DNA of 64,000 nucleotides from an archaeon GW2011_AR18 (GCA_000806155.1 JWKX01000001.1:739-64738); one strand, 5' to 3'; positions 9,647-20,088 are shown, counted from the first letter of the stretch. Numbers and translations are program-made. The notes: a model not told the origin generated them from the letters alone.

Positions 9647-10478
9647 TCAAACTTAACCATTTATTCTGTCCTAGTTTTAATTCTATTAAGCTTTTCTGTG
9701 CTGGTGTTGTATTTATTCCTTGATGTATTCTTATGTAATTATACCACACTATTAGTAAATCTAGTATTGCTATTGCTGAATACTCTCTTTTTAGTCCACG
9801 CATTACTTTTACTCTTTCTCTTATTGTTCCTTGAACTCTCTCAATAATATTGTTTCTTTTATCCTTATCAGCTTTTAGTCTAGTATAACATTCTCTGTCT
9901 TGACTTTTCTTTTTCTTTCCCCATGTTTTACGATATGCTTTCATGTATGCTGGAAGTTTATCAGTAAATAATTTTATTGGTGGTTGTTTTACTTTCATGA
10001 AGAACTTTCTAGCTTCTTTACTGCTTCTCTTAGTTGAATAATGAGTAGCTACCAAAAACCTTGTTCTTGCATCTACAATATCCCAATAATAGTTCTGTTC
10101 ACCTTTACATTTTATGAATATCTCATCAGCATGATATACTCTGCTTAATTGAGGTTCTAAATTGTCTGTAAAAGATTTTATTAGTTTACTATACTTTATT
10201 AGCCATCTCCATACACTCATATGGCTCACTCCTTGAGGAGTAAACTGTCTAACATGACTTCTTATCTTTCTAAGGCTCATTCCATTAAAATACAAATCCA
10301 AACAAGATGTAATAAGTTCTTTTGATTTTCTCATATGATAAAAACCATCATTCAAAGTAAAGAACCTTTTACATTCTTTGCACTTATAACGTTGCTTAAT
10401 TCCGTTAAGTGTTTGCCTTTTAGACCATTTAACAATACTCTTAGAACCACAAAACCTACATTGTATATTCTCTTCCAT
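9624..10478 (-). CDS. IS6 family DDE transposase with N-terminal zinc finger
   Basis: YHADEIFIKCKGEQNYYWDIVDARTRFLV matches the IS6 DE...K..G...Y.W.A.D signature. N-terminal CxxC...CxxC as in archaeal IS6 transposases. C-terminal NNIIERVQGTIRER ... IRIHQG. Confidence 0.8.
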   Translation of the reverse strand: MEENIQCRFCGSKSIVKWSKRQTLNGIKQRYKCKECKRFFTLNDGFYHMRKSKELITSCLDLYFNGMSLRKIRSHVRQFTPQGVSHMSVWRWLIKYSKLIKSFTDNLEPQLSRVYHADEIFIKCKGEQNYYWDIVDARTRFLVATHYSTKRSSKEARKFFMKVKQPPIKLFTDKLPAYMKAYRKTWGKKKKSQDRECYTRLKADKDKRNNIIERVQGTIRERVKVMRGLKREYSAIAILDLLIVWYNYIRIHQGINTTPAQKSLIELKLGQNKWLSLINLSSSF

Positions 10479-10627
10479 AGAATATTATGGTACCGCCAGT
10501 TTATATATCTTACGGTACCATAATTATGGCGCAAAATACAACTTTATCTTTTATATAACTTATTTATCGTCTATTAACATTTTGCGCAAAACAAAGATTT
10601 AAATAGAAGAAAGGCTCTATTTTTAGC

Positions 10628-11695
10628 ATGACATGGGTAAAGCCAAAGGGACATTCTAAATCAAGAATCAATTGGGCAGGAGATGTTTTAATTAATACTG
10701 AATCCACTGAAGAAGAAAAAATACTTGCAATAGAAATATTAGACAATTGGAGAGCAATACACAGTTATCCAATGCACATTTTTAAGAAAAGATTAAAAGA
10801 AAAATCTCGACTTTTAGATAAGAACCTATTAACTGTTCAAAGACTTAAACGTGTTACTGCTATTCTAAATAAACTAAAAAGAACGCAAACAAGTACTATG
10901 AATCTTTCACAGATGCAAGATATTGGCGGTTGTAGAGCCGTCTTGTCTAACGTTGCCCTAGTGAGGGATTTACACGAGAAGTATTACTTAAAGGAAAATT
11001 TTAAGCATAAAAAAATGAAAACACAGGACTATATCTCTAATCCAAAAAATGATGGTTATAGAAGTCTTCATTTAATTTATAAGTATAATACTGATAGAAA
11101 AGGAAAAAAATACTATAATGGATTACTTATAGAAATTCAGATAAGGTCAAGGTTACAACACCTTTGGGCAACAGCAGTTGAAACAGTTGGCTTCTTTACA
11201 AGACAGGCAATTAAATCTAATGAAGGACATCCAGATTGGGCAGAATTTTTTAAATTGATTAGTTCAGCATTTGCTAAAATGGAGAATTGCCCATATGTTC
11301 CAGATACTCCACAAGATGAAAAAGAATTATATACTAAAATAAAAGAAAAAGAAAAAGCATTGAAAATTATAGATAAATTAAAAGCATGGACAAATACAAT
11401 GAGACTTTTAGATGAAAAGATTAAAGCTAAAGATAAACATAAGGTAGAGTTTTTCTTACTAGAATTAGATATTGTTGGTAGAAAATTAGGAATTTTAACC
11501 TATACAAAGGAACAAGAACAAAAAGCTATAGATGATTACTCTGCACTCGAAAAAAGACATAGTGGTGCGAAAGACTATGATGTAGTACTTGTCGGGGCAG
11601 ATACAAGTAAGGATTTGAAAAAAGCTTACCCTAATTATTTTTTAGATACTGGAGACTTCTTAATTTATCTCCAAAAAATTATTAACAAATATTAA
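10628..11695 (+). CDS. RelA/SpoT-homolog synthetase-domain protein (small alarmone synthetase / toxSAS-like), cargo of IS element
   Basis: RLKRVTAILNKLKR, DIGGCRAVL, DYISNPKNDGYRSLHLIY and IEIQIRSRLQHLWA match the nucleotidyltransferase motifs of the (p)ppGpp synthetase domain. There is a roughly 150 aa coiled-coil-rich C-terminal extension and no HD hydrolase domain. Confidence 0.75.
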   Translation: MTWVKPKGHSKSRINWAGDVLINTESTEEEKILAIEILDNWRAIHSYPMHIFKKRLKEKSRLLDKNLLTVQRLKRVTAILNKLKRTQTSTMNLSQMQDIGGCRAVLSNVALVRDLHEKYYLKENFKHKKMKTQDYISNPKNDGYRSLHLIYKYNTDRKGKKYYNGLLIEIQIRSRLQHLWATAVETVGFFTRQAIKSNEGHPDWAEFFKLISSAFAKMENCPYVPDTPQDEKELYTKIKEKEKALKIIDKLKAWTNTMRLLDEKIKAKDKHKVEFFLLELDIVGRKLGILTYTKEQEQKAIDDYSALEKRHSGAKDYDVVLVGADTSKDLKKAYPNYFLDTGDFLIYLQKIINKY

Positions 11696-11697
11696 TA

Positions 11698-11862
11698 CTA
11701 TTCTTTATCAATAATTATTCTGTGATTTTCAATCCTTGCTTTAAGTTCTTTTCCAAAAAAGTTGGACTGTTCTACAATATCTTTAGGTAAATTCAGAATA
11801 TACTTTGAATATTCTTTATTGTCTACCTTCTTTGATAGTACCTTTATTATTTTCATAATCAT
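11698..11862 (-). CDS. small AbrB/SpoVT-like ORF (54 aa), candidate antitoxin
   Basis: Manually translated: MIMKIIKVLSKKVDNKEYSKYILNLPKDIVEQSNFFGKELKARIENHRIIIDKE. Resembles swapped-hairpin antitoxins (VapB/MazE-like). Convergent with the RSH gene and inside the IS. Confidence 0.35.
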   Translation of the reverse strand: MIMKIIKVLSKKVDNKEYSKYILNLPKDIVEQSNFFGKELKARIENHRIIIDKE

Positions 11863-11925
11863 TTAATGTACAACCAGTATTTATATTTTTCTGTACCATA
11901 AAAAATTTTTAAGTTTTTCATCTAT

Positions 11926-11947
11926 CAACCTTTTAAGTTACAGAACC
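11926..11947 (-). repeat. right terminal inverted repeat of IS6-like element
   Basis: CAACCTTTTAAGTTACAGAACC, the exact reverse complement of the left IR. Confidence 0.8.
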
Positions 11948-11955
11948 CTTATTTT
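11948..11955 (+). repeat. target site duplication (right copy) CTTATTTT
   Basis: Identical 8-mer immediately outside both inverted repeats. Confidence 0.7.
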
Positions 11956-11960
11956 AAAGT

Positions 11961-12383
11961 TTATTCTGCTATTAAGTTTCCGTATCCCATTCCCATTGAG
12001 CATGAGAATTTGTATGTTCCTGGTTTTTTTATTGTTAGTTCCAATGTATCTGTGCTTGATATTAAATACTCCGATATTCCTAAACTTCTTATTGTGAATG
12101 CTCTATAGCATCCTGTTACACTGTCATCTAATGTTATGCTTATTTTCTGTCCTGCTTTTACTCTTATCTGATTTGGATAATAATTATAGTTCTTGAAACC
12201 TATTACAATATTTTGCACATCAGCTGTTTCTTCATTTATATTATTTTCATTGACAGGAATTTCTTTTTCAGTATTAGTGAATATAAAATATCCTCCTATT
12301 ATTATGATTATTATTATGCCTAATATTACTGTTGTATTCTTCATTGGAATATTCCACCTCTTGGGCCGTAGATTATTATCCAT
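11961..12383 (-). CDS. cupredoxin-like domain protein with N-terminal signal anchor
   Basis: YYPNQIRVKAGQKISITL ... GTYKFSCSMGMG resembles the small-blue-copper / EfeO-like cupredoxin fold. Adjacent to the copper ATPase cluster. Confidence 0.45.
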   Translation of the reverse strand: MDNNLRPKRWNIPMKNTTVILGIIIIIIIGGYFIFTNTEKEIPVNENNINEETADVQNIVIGFKNYNYYPNQIRVKAGQKISITLDDSVTGCYRAFTIRSLGISEYLISSTDTLELTIKKPGTYKFSCSMGMGYGNLIAE

Positions 12384-13024
12384 GTTGTTATTGAGATTAA
12401 TACTATTGTAAATATTATTGTAAATAGGTGATCATCTTTTTTCTCTCTCTCAGTTTCTTTTGTCTCATTATATACCATGTAATTTAGTTTTATCATTATT
12501 ATTGAACTTATTATAAATATTAGTATTCCAGCAGTTTTTAGATGGTCATTTAATAGCATGACTGATGTCATTGCTCCCATCAATCCTCCCATGAATCCTG
12601 CCATTATTCCTTCCATTGATCCCATTATCCCGCAGGATTTTCCTGTCCATACCCCTATTATTATTCCTATTATTACACCTAAGAATCCTCCGTAGAACAT
12701 TCCATTTGTTGAAGCAACATAAAATCCTATTAAAAATGATGATAACATGCCTAATGTCATTCCTATCATCATCCCGCTCATGCATGGGAATTCTTTGTAT
12801 GCTCTTACCTGTCTTATTGCAGGTGTTATTATTGCATAGCTTAAAGCACTAAAAAATAAATAAAATCCATATTTTGGTATTATGCTCTCTATTGTTTTTA
12901 ATTTCAGATAATATGCTATAAATAAGAAGATGAATGATGTTAATAAAGAATAGAACATTGTTATTAGTAATTCTCCCTCTACTCTATTGCCGTTTAATTC
13001 TTTTACAAAATTTTTGAATGCCAT
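12341..13024 (-). CDS. Met-rich polytopic membrane protein (putative copper-handling)
   Basis: Multiple GM/MxxM repeats (GMMIGMTLGM, MGSMEGIMAGFMGGLMGAM) within TM helices. Located between copA and the cupredoxin gene. Confidence 0.5.
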   Translation of the reverse strand: MAFKNFVKELNGNRVEGELLITMFYSLLTSFIFLFIAYYLKLKTIESIIPKYGFYLFFSALSYAIITPAIRQVRAYKEFPCMSGMMIGMTLGMLSSFLIGFYVASTNGMFYGGFLGVIIGIIIGVWTGKSCGIMGSMEGIMAGFMGGLMGAMTSVMLLNDHLKTAGILIFIISSIIMIKLNYMVYNETKETEREKKDDHLFTIIFTIVLISITTWIIIYGPRGGIFQ

Positions 13025-13025
13025 T

Positions 13026-14970
<1,945 letters not shown>

Positions 14971-14978
<8 letters not shown>

Positions 14979-15189
14979 ACTCCAGTTTTGTTGCTGTATA
15001 TCCCGCTTTTTTTACTGCATTTTTTATATCTTCTTCTTTGACATTGTCTTCAATTTCAGCATATCCTTTTTTCATTATCACATTTACTCTTATATTTTTT
15101 ATTCCGTTTATTTTAGATAGGCTTTTCTCTATATTTGAAGCACATGATGCACAATGCATTCCTTGTATGTAGATTACTATTTTTTTCAT
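14971..15189 (-). CDS. copZ: heavy-metal-associated (HMA) domain copper chaperone
   Basis: GMHCASCASNIEKSL = GMxCxxC metal-binding motif. 72 aa, overlapping the copA start. Confidence 0.85.
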
Positions 15190-15419
15190 TTTTTTCCACC
15201 CAATTGTTTAATTAACCAAATTATAAACAATATTAGAGCTGCTGCAAAAAGAGTCATTAATAACCATCCAAATAATGGCATATATCCAAATCCTGAATAA
15301 AATCCTCCCATCATCCCATAGTTTCTAAAACCCATCATTCCATAACCTCCAAATAATGGTATTATAAATATTAAGATTATTGTTAAAATAATTATTATTG
15401 TCACGTTTTCATTTTTCAT
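15186..15419 (-). CDS. small Gly/Met-rich membrane protein
   Basis: 77 aa. GGYGMMGFRNYGMMGGFYSGFGYM between two hydrophobic helices. Co-oriented in the cop cluster. Confidence 0.4.
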   Translation of the reverse strand: MKNENVTIIIILTIILIFIIPLFGGYGMMGFRNYGMMGGFYSGFGYMPLFGWLLMTLFAAALILFIIWLIKQLGGKK

Positions 15420-15421
15420 TT

Positions 15422-15619
15422 TTATTCCTTATTTTTTATATTAAATGCTGTATGTATCCAGCACCATCCTATGAAACTCTCTATTAATGCTATTATTCCA
15501 ATAATTGTAATTATCCAGTTTATCCATATTGTATTAAATTCTGGTCTGAATGGTCCTAATAGCCAGAATGCTAAAGCAAATCTTAATACCCTGTCAGTTT
15601 TTCCTAAGTTTTTTTTCAT
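15422..15619 (-). CDS. DUF2892 family (YgaP-like) membrane protein
   Basis: MKKNLGKTDRVLRFALAFWLLGPF ... IGWCWIHTAFN matches the DUF2892 pattern. 65 aa. Confidence 0.6.
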   Translation of the reverse strand: MKKNLGKTDRVLRFALAFWLLGPFRPEFNTIWINWIITIIGIIALIESFIGWCWIHTAFNIKNKE

Positions 15620-15993
15620 TTTTTTACCTCTTTGTTTTTTGTTTTACCATGCAGTATATGCACGCAATATTGTGACATGTGTTCATCTATTAGCTCCATC
15701 AATGGGTTTATTGTCTTTTTGTTTAGTTTATAATATCTGTATTTTCCTTCTATCTCTGATTTTACAAAACCACATTTTTTTAATCTTGCTAGATCATGTG
15801 ATACTGCTGTCTGATTCATTCCTAATTCTTTGATTATCTGTGTAACATTCTTTTTTTCTTTTCTCAGCATATTTATTATTCTTAGTCTTGGTTCTGACAC
15901 TAATGTTCCAAAGAATATTTTATAGCTTCCGTAGATATCTTTCTCACTAAGACAATGTTCATGTGATTTTCCCAGCATATTTTTAGTTATCAT
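15616..15993 (-). CDS. ArsR/SmtB family metalloregulator
   Basis: wHTH region LSEPRLRIINMLRKEKKNVTQIIKELGMNQTAVSHDLARLKKCGFV. First gene of the minus-strand cop cluster. Confidence 0.8.
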   Translation of the reverse strand: MITKNMLGKSHEHCLSEKDIYGSYKIFFGTLVSEPRLRIINMLRKEKKNVTQIIKELGMNQTAVSHDLARLKKCGFVKSEIEGKYRYYKLNKKTINPLMELIDEHMSQYCVHILHGKTKNKEVKK

Positions 15994-16276
15994 ATGAGAA
16001 AGCGATACATATAAGTATTTAAAGTTTATTATAAAAAATAGTATTATTTAATTACATTATTTTATGATAATTGTGCAAAAACAACTCTCTGAAAATGTTT
16101 TGTAATCTCAGTGCTTTTTTGAGTGTGTTTTTTCTCCTGACATCCAGATATTTTTGATTATATGGCTCGTTTTCCATGTTTTTTACTCCTTCTTTGGTTT
16201 TCCGAAGATATAAGCTCTGTAGTCATGTTGTTGCCAAAACCCAAAATTTATAAATAAATCACAATATCGAGGTTAT

Positions 16277-16506
16277 AGACGCCAAGGTTTTGTTGCCTTT
16301 GCTTTTTTCTGTTTGTTTAGTTCTTTTGAACCTTATTGGATTGTTTTATTTCATCTGAGCATTTTGTTTGTGCCAGATATTTTTGTGCTACCATGTTTAC
16401 TTTTGTCAACAAGCTATAATGCTTGTAAAATGTTTTATAAGACTATAATGGATATAAAGTATTTAAGCTCTTCCAAGTTTTTTGTAACCTTGGTGCCATT
16501 GTATAT
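16277..16506 (+). ncRNA. candidate structured ncRNA A (unknown family)
   Basis: TATA-like box at about 16254-16261, then AGGTTATAGACGCCAAGGTT at the predicted start. A 12-nt terminal helix GACGCCAAGGUU/AACCUUGGUGCC (one mismatch) closes a roughly 230-nt region. No convincing ORF inside. Confidence 0.3.
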
Positions 16507-16579
16507 AAAATAACAGATGCTATTGAGAAGTGGTTTTTTGTATAGCAACATTTAAATAATGTTCAAACTCTATTTTTAT

Positions 16580-16834
16580 ATGGCTAAAAAAGTAAAAGTA
16601 AGTGAAGATGAAATGTATGCAACAATCATGGCTAAGATTGGTGAATTAAAAAAATCTGTTGAAAAATTTGAAGAAAATTTTAGAAAATATGGTAGATCAA
16701 TGTTAGGTCCCGCTGCATCTGGGCAATCAGCTGAAATAGTTAAAGGTCAAGCAAGTAGCATAGCAGTTCAAGCCGCAGAATTTAGTGATTACGTGCAAGA
16801 GGTTAAAGTTATAAATCCCCATTTGGATAATTAG
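16580..16834 (+). CDS. small hypothetical protein
   Basis: ORF beginning MAKKVKVSEDEMY with a TATA-like box about 60 nt upstream. Confidence 0.35.
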   Translation: MAKKVKVSEDEMYATIMAKIGELKKSVEKFEENFRKYGRSMLGPAASGQSAEIVKGQASSIAVQAAEFSDYVQEVKVINPHLDN

Positions 16835-17053
16835 TTCTATATTTTTATGTTTTCATGTTTGTGGTCTTGTTTGTTCTACAAAGTTTATATAGTAAATTTC
16901 CCAATAATCTAATAAGTTAAAAAAATGAAAGGTGAAACAAAGAAAACAAAAATTTAGAAAAAAATAGAAGAGAATGTTCCTTACAAGACATTTAATACTT
17001 GTAGAACAAAAGACCTCACATAGCGTTAATTTTATAAATAAAACCAAATCCGT

Positions 17054-17231
17054 AGGTTACAGACGCCAAGGTCGCCTAACCTGGTATGGCACAGGATTGC
17101 TATAATAGTTTTGCAATCATCCTGCGTCCGCAAGGACTTGGGGGTTCAAAAATCATTTAAAGCACTATCAAGAATTAAGCTGTAAATGTTTGATAGTCCC
17201 CCTCTTGGCGTTTTTCTTTTTATATAACGCC
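17054..17231 (+). ncRNA. candidate structured ncRNA B (paralog of A by 5' motif; unknown family)
   Basis: TATA-like box 17032-17045, then AGGTTACAGACGCCAAGGTC. The 5' ACGCCAAG pairs perfectly with CTTGGCGT at 17215-17222, followed by a T-run. Internal hairpins include CAGGATTGC...GCAATCATCCTG and GTCC-GCAA-GGAC (GNRA loop). Confidence 0.35.
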
Positions 17232-17265
17232 TGTTTTGGTAGAACGTTTACTTTTTAAGTAACGC
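17211..17265 (+). repeat. 55-bp exact direct repeat copy 1 (promoter/operator module)
   Basis: CCCTCTTGGCGTTTTTCTTTTTATATAACGCCTGTTTTGGTAGAACGTTTACTTT is identical to 19949-20003. It contains the palindrome GGCGTT/AACGCC around a TTTATATA box. Confidence 0.85.
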
Positions 17266-17427
17266 CCAAGGGAGAACGTTGGTATGATGTTTTTGTTCTT
17301 AATTTGTGTGCACGTTGTACGTGCAGACATTATATATTGTTAAAACAGAGTTTTTCATAGGAGAAAAAATGCTTGAGAAAAACTGTTTATATATTCATAA
17401 AAAGTAATAAATATGGGTATTCTTATA

Positions 17428-19163
17428 TTATTCTTATGAAGTATTATTTATTGTTAGTTTTTATAGTTGTTTTTCTAGTTTCTTGTAGCAATAATAATTT
17501 AAAAAATTTTAGTTATTGTCAGGGAGATAATGATACTAATGAATATATTGAGTTTTCTTGTCAGAAGGTTGTTAATAATTCCTGTATTGTTTCATTAAGT
17601 GATTATAAGCCTTGTAATCTTACTGATTTAACTTTTGTTGTTGTTGGTTATAGTTCCTTGAATCCTTCTCAGGGTAATTTTATTAATATTAGTGCTTTTG
17701 TTGTAAGTAGAGGTCCTTCTTTTAATGATAATTTTGGTATTTCATTTTATGTTAATATTTCTTATCCTGATGGATCTGTTGTTAATGAATTAATTTCTAG
17801 ACAAGAACATAGTATAGTAAAAGTTTCTAATGAATCATTATGGGGTAGTAATACAGTTTGGAAAGATTATGAAGGATATCATTATGGTGAGAATGGTTTT
17901 GTAATGATAAATGCTTCATATAAAATAAAAGGTTATGGTTTTCATCAGTTTTATGAAGTGTTAGATGAAGATAATAAGATAATTGAAGCTAATGAAAATA
18001 ATAATTTTTATTCTAGAAAAATGTTCGTTAATCCAGTAAGTGCTTTTATTAATATTACAGGTGTTTTTAATGATTATAATAAAACTGGTAGTATTGATAA
18101 GAATGTTTTTGATTATTTAAAAAAGGTAGTTTATTGTAATAGTATTATTGATTGTGATATTAACACTTTTTTTATTACTAAAAAAGAGATTAAAAAAATT
18201 AAGGATTATTTAATTATAGATATTAATTTTACAAAGCCTTCTAATGAAGAATTTTCTGTTATGATAGATAATTTTTTTAATAATACTTATTGTTTTAATA
18301 AAGCCGATAATAAGTTATGGTATGATGAATATTATAAGATAGATAATCCATATAGGTATGAAGAAGTTGATATTGGAAGGATTTATGATAATAATTGTAA
18401 TGATTTTAATATTTCATATAAAGATACAATTTGGCGTTATAAGAGACTTTCTCCAAATCCAGGCTTAACTCTTATGAAGATAGAAAGTAATATTACACAA
18501 TCAATATTGATTAATGCTATAAATTATTATAATAAGAATACAATATATAATATGGTCTTGAATTATTCAATATTTAAAGTTAATGATAATTATATAATAC
18601 ACACTATAGAGACAGATGCTATTACTATTAAGGATAAAAGATTGTGTTATGATAGTCCATTATTTTATGAAGTATATAAAGTTAATAAGGAAGATAAAAT
18701 ATTAACAAGGATTAATACAGTATATACAAATGAAACAATTAATAATTGTGATAAAAAAGATATCACTCCAACGCTTAATAATATAAAGTTTTCTTATAAT
18801 CTAAGTATAATAAAATGTCCAGAGTTCACAGATGTAAAAAAGATTAATTTAATTGGAGATGAGTATATAGAACTATTAGAACAACAAGGGGATAACCTAT
18901 TTGATAATATGCTTGATTACACAATTAATGGTAACAATGTAGAATTATGGACTGCTGCTGGGAAAGGAACACCATGTAATAATGTTAAATACTATATATC
19001 AAAAGAAAAAAATGACATTCACATAAATAGAGAAGATTTAGGATATGAAGGTGCATGTGTTCAAGTAGTTAGCAGTGATTGTTTGGATATTAAAATGACA
19101 TTACCTATAGGAAAATATAATATTTATATGATAAGTATGAATAAATCAATAGAAATAAAATGA
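17428..19163 (+). CDS. secreted Asn/Tyr-rich protein with lipobox-like signal peptide
   Basis: MKYYLLLVFIVVFLVSCSNN is a signal peptide with LVSC. 578 aa, low complexity, no catalytic motifs. The ORF track extends to 17373 with a TTG. Confidence 0.55.
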
Positions 19164-19370
19164 AGAATTCTCTAAAGACTTTCTCTGAAACTGCAGAGAC
19201 TATTGAAGAAGTTAAGGTTATATATGAAAAAATAGAAAAAGAAAAAATATTATGGAAACAAGCGAAACTATAATTTAGTCATGGTTCTAATAAAGTTCAT
19301 TTGAGTTTTTAGAAAATTATTCAATATTTTTACAGTTAAGTATTTAAACTCTTATACCTATTATATCTTT

Positions 19371-19592
19371 ATGAAAACTAAGAGAACTTTTAATGTTGTT
19401 ATAGAGCAAGGAGAAGATGGTTATCTCATTTCTAGTGTAGTTGAACTTCCTGGTTGTCATACTCAAGCTAAAACATTAGATCAGTTGATGGAAAGAACAA
19501 AAGAGGTTATATCATTATACCTAAAATGCAAAGATCCTGTAGATACAGAAGTTAAGTTCATAGGTTTACAGAAAGTAGAAGTCGAGGCTTAG
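19371..19592 (+). CDS. hicB: HicB family antitoxin (UPF0150)
   Basis: FNVVIEQGEDGYLISSVVELPGCHTQAKTLDQLMERTKEVISLYL matches HicB/UPF0150. Confidence 0.8.
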   Translation: MKTKRTFNVVIEQGEDGYLISSVVELPGCHTQAKTLDQLMERTKEVISLYLKCKDPVDTEVKFIGLQKVEVEA

Positions 19593-19595
19593 ATA

Positions 19596-19823
19596 ATGAA
19601 TAAAGTTCCACTCTTGACAGCAAGAGAAGTGATTAAAATTCTTAAGAAAATGGGTTTTGAATTAAAAAGACAGGAAGGAAGTCATATGTTTTTTGAACAT
19701 CATGATGGAAGGACAACAACAATACCAAACCATCCTGGAGAAGAATTAGATCGTGGATTATTAAACAAAATAATCAAGCATGACCTACAAGTAACAAGAG
19801 AAGAATTTATGGGATATGTATAA
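19596..19823 (+). CDS. hicA: HicA family mRNA interferase toxin
   Basis: GFELKRQEGSHMFFEHHDGRTTTIPNHPGEELDRGLLNKIIK matches HicA (YcfA-like). 4 nt after hicB. Confidence 0.8.
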   Translation: MNKVPLLTAREVIKILKKMGFELKRQEGSHMFFEHHDGRTTTIPNHPGEELDRGLLNKIIKHDLQVTREEFMGYV

Positions 19824-19948
19824 TTTTAGTTCTTGCTACTTTTTGGCAGCATCGTTATTTTTATATATTACTTAAACTATATTTGTTATTATGAAAAGTC
19901 TCTGTATTAATCATATGTTTTAAGAACCGATGCATTATACCTGGCTTT

Positions 19949-20003
19949 CCCTCTTGGCGTTTTTCTTTTTATATAACGCCTGTTTTGGTAGAACGTTTAC
20001 TTT
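19949..20003 (+). repeat. 55-bp exact direct repeat copy 2 (promoter/operator module)
   Basis: Identical to 17211-17265. Lies about 85 nt upstream of the AbrB-family antitoxin gene. Confidence 0.85.
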
Positions 20004-20088
20004 GACATTCTAAACCAATAAATACAAAAGTTTTATATAGTTAGTAAGATATATCTTACTTGTGGAAGCTGAGATTGATATAACAACA

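Larger units (their letters stand above)
9352..11947. mobile_element. IS6-family insertion sequence with passenger genes (2596 bp)
   Basis: Perfect 22-bp terminal inverted repeats GGTTCTGTAACTTAAAAGGTTG at 9352-9373 and 11926-11947. The element is flanked by the 8-bp direct repeat CTTATTTT (9344-9351 and 11948-11955), the TSD length typical of IS6. An IS6-type DDE transposase lies inside. Confidence 0.8.

Noticed and set aside
9352-10560. Alternative view that the IS ends near 10560 and the RSH gene is simply adjacent chromosomal DNA
   Set aside because: No copy of the 22-bp IR occurs near 10560. The only matching IR is at 11926-11947, immediately followed by the 8-bp repeat of the left flank.
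17140-17160. tRNA T-arm-like GGGGGTTCAAAAATC
   Set aside because: There is no complementary 3' T-stem, acceptor or D-arm nearby. It is interpreted as part of candidate ncRNA B.
17283-17291. C/D box sRNA (ATGATG near 17283)
   Set aside because: There is no proper RUGAUGA/CUGA pair with correct spacing and terminal stem.
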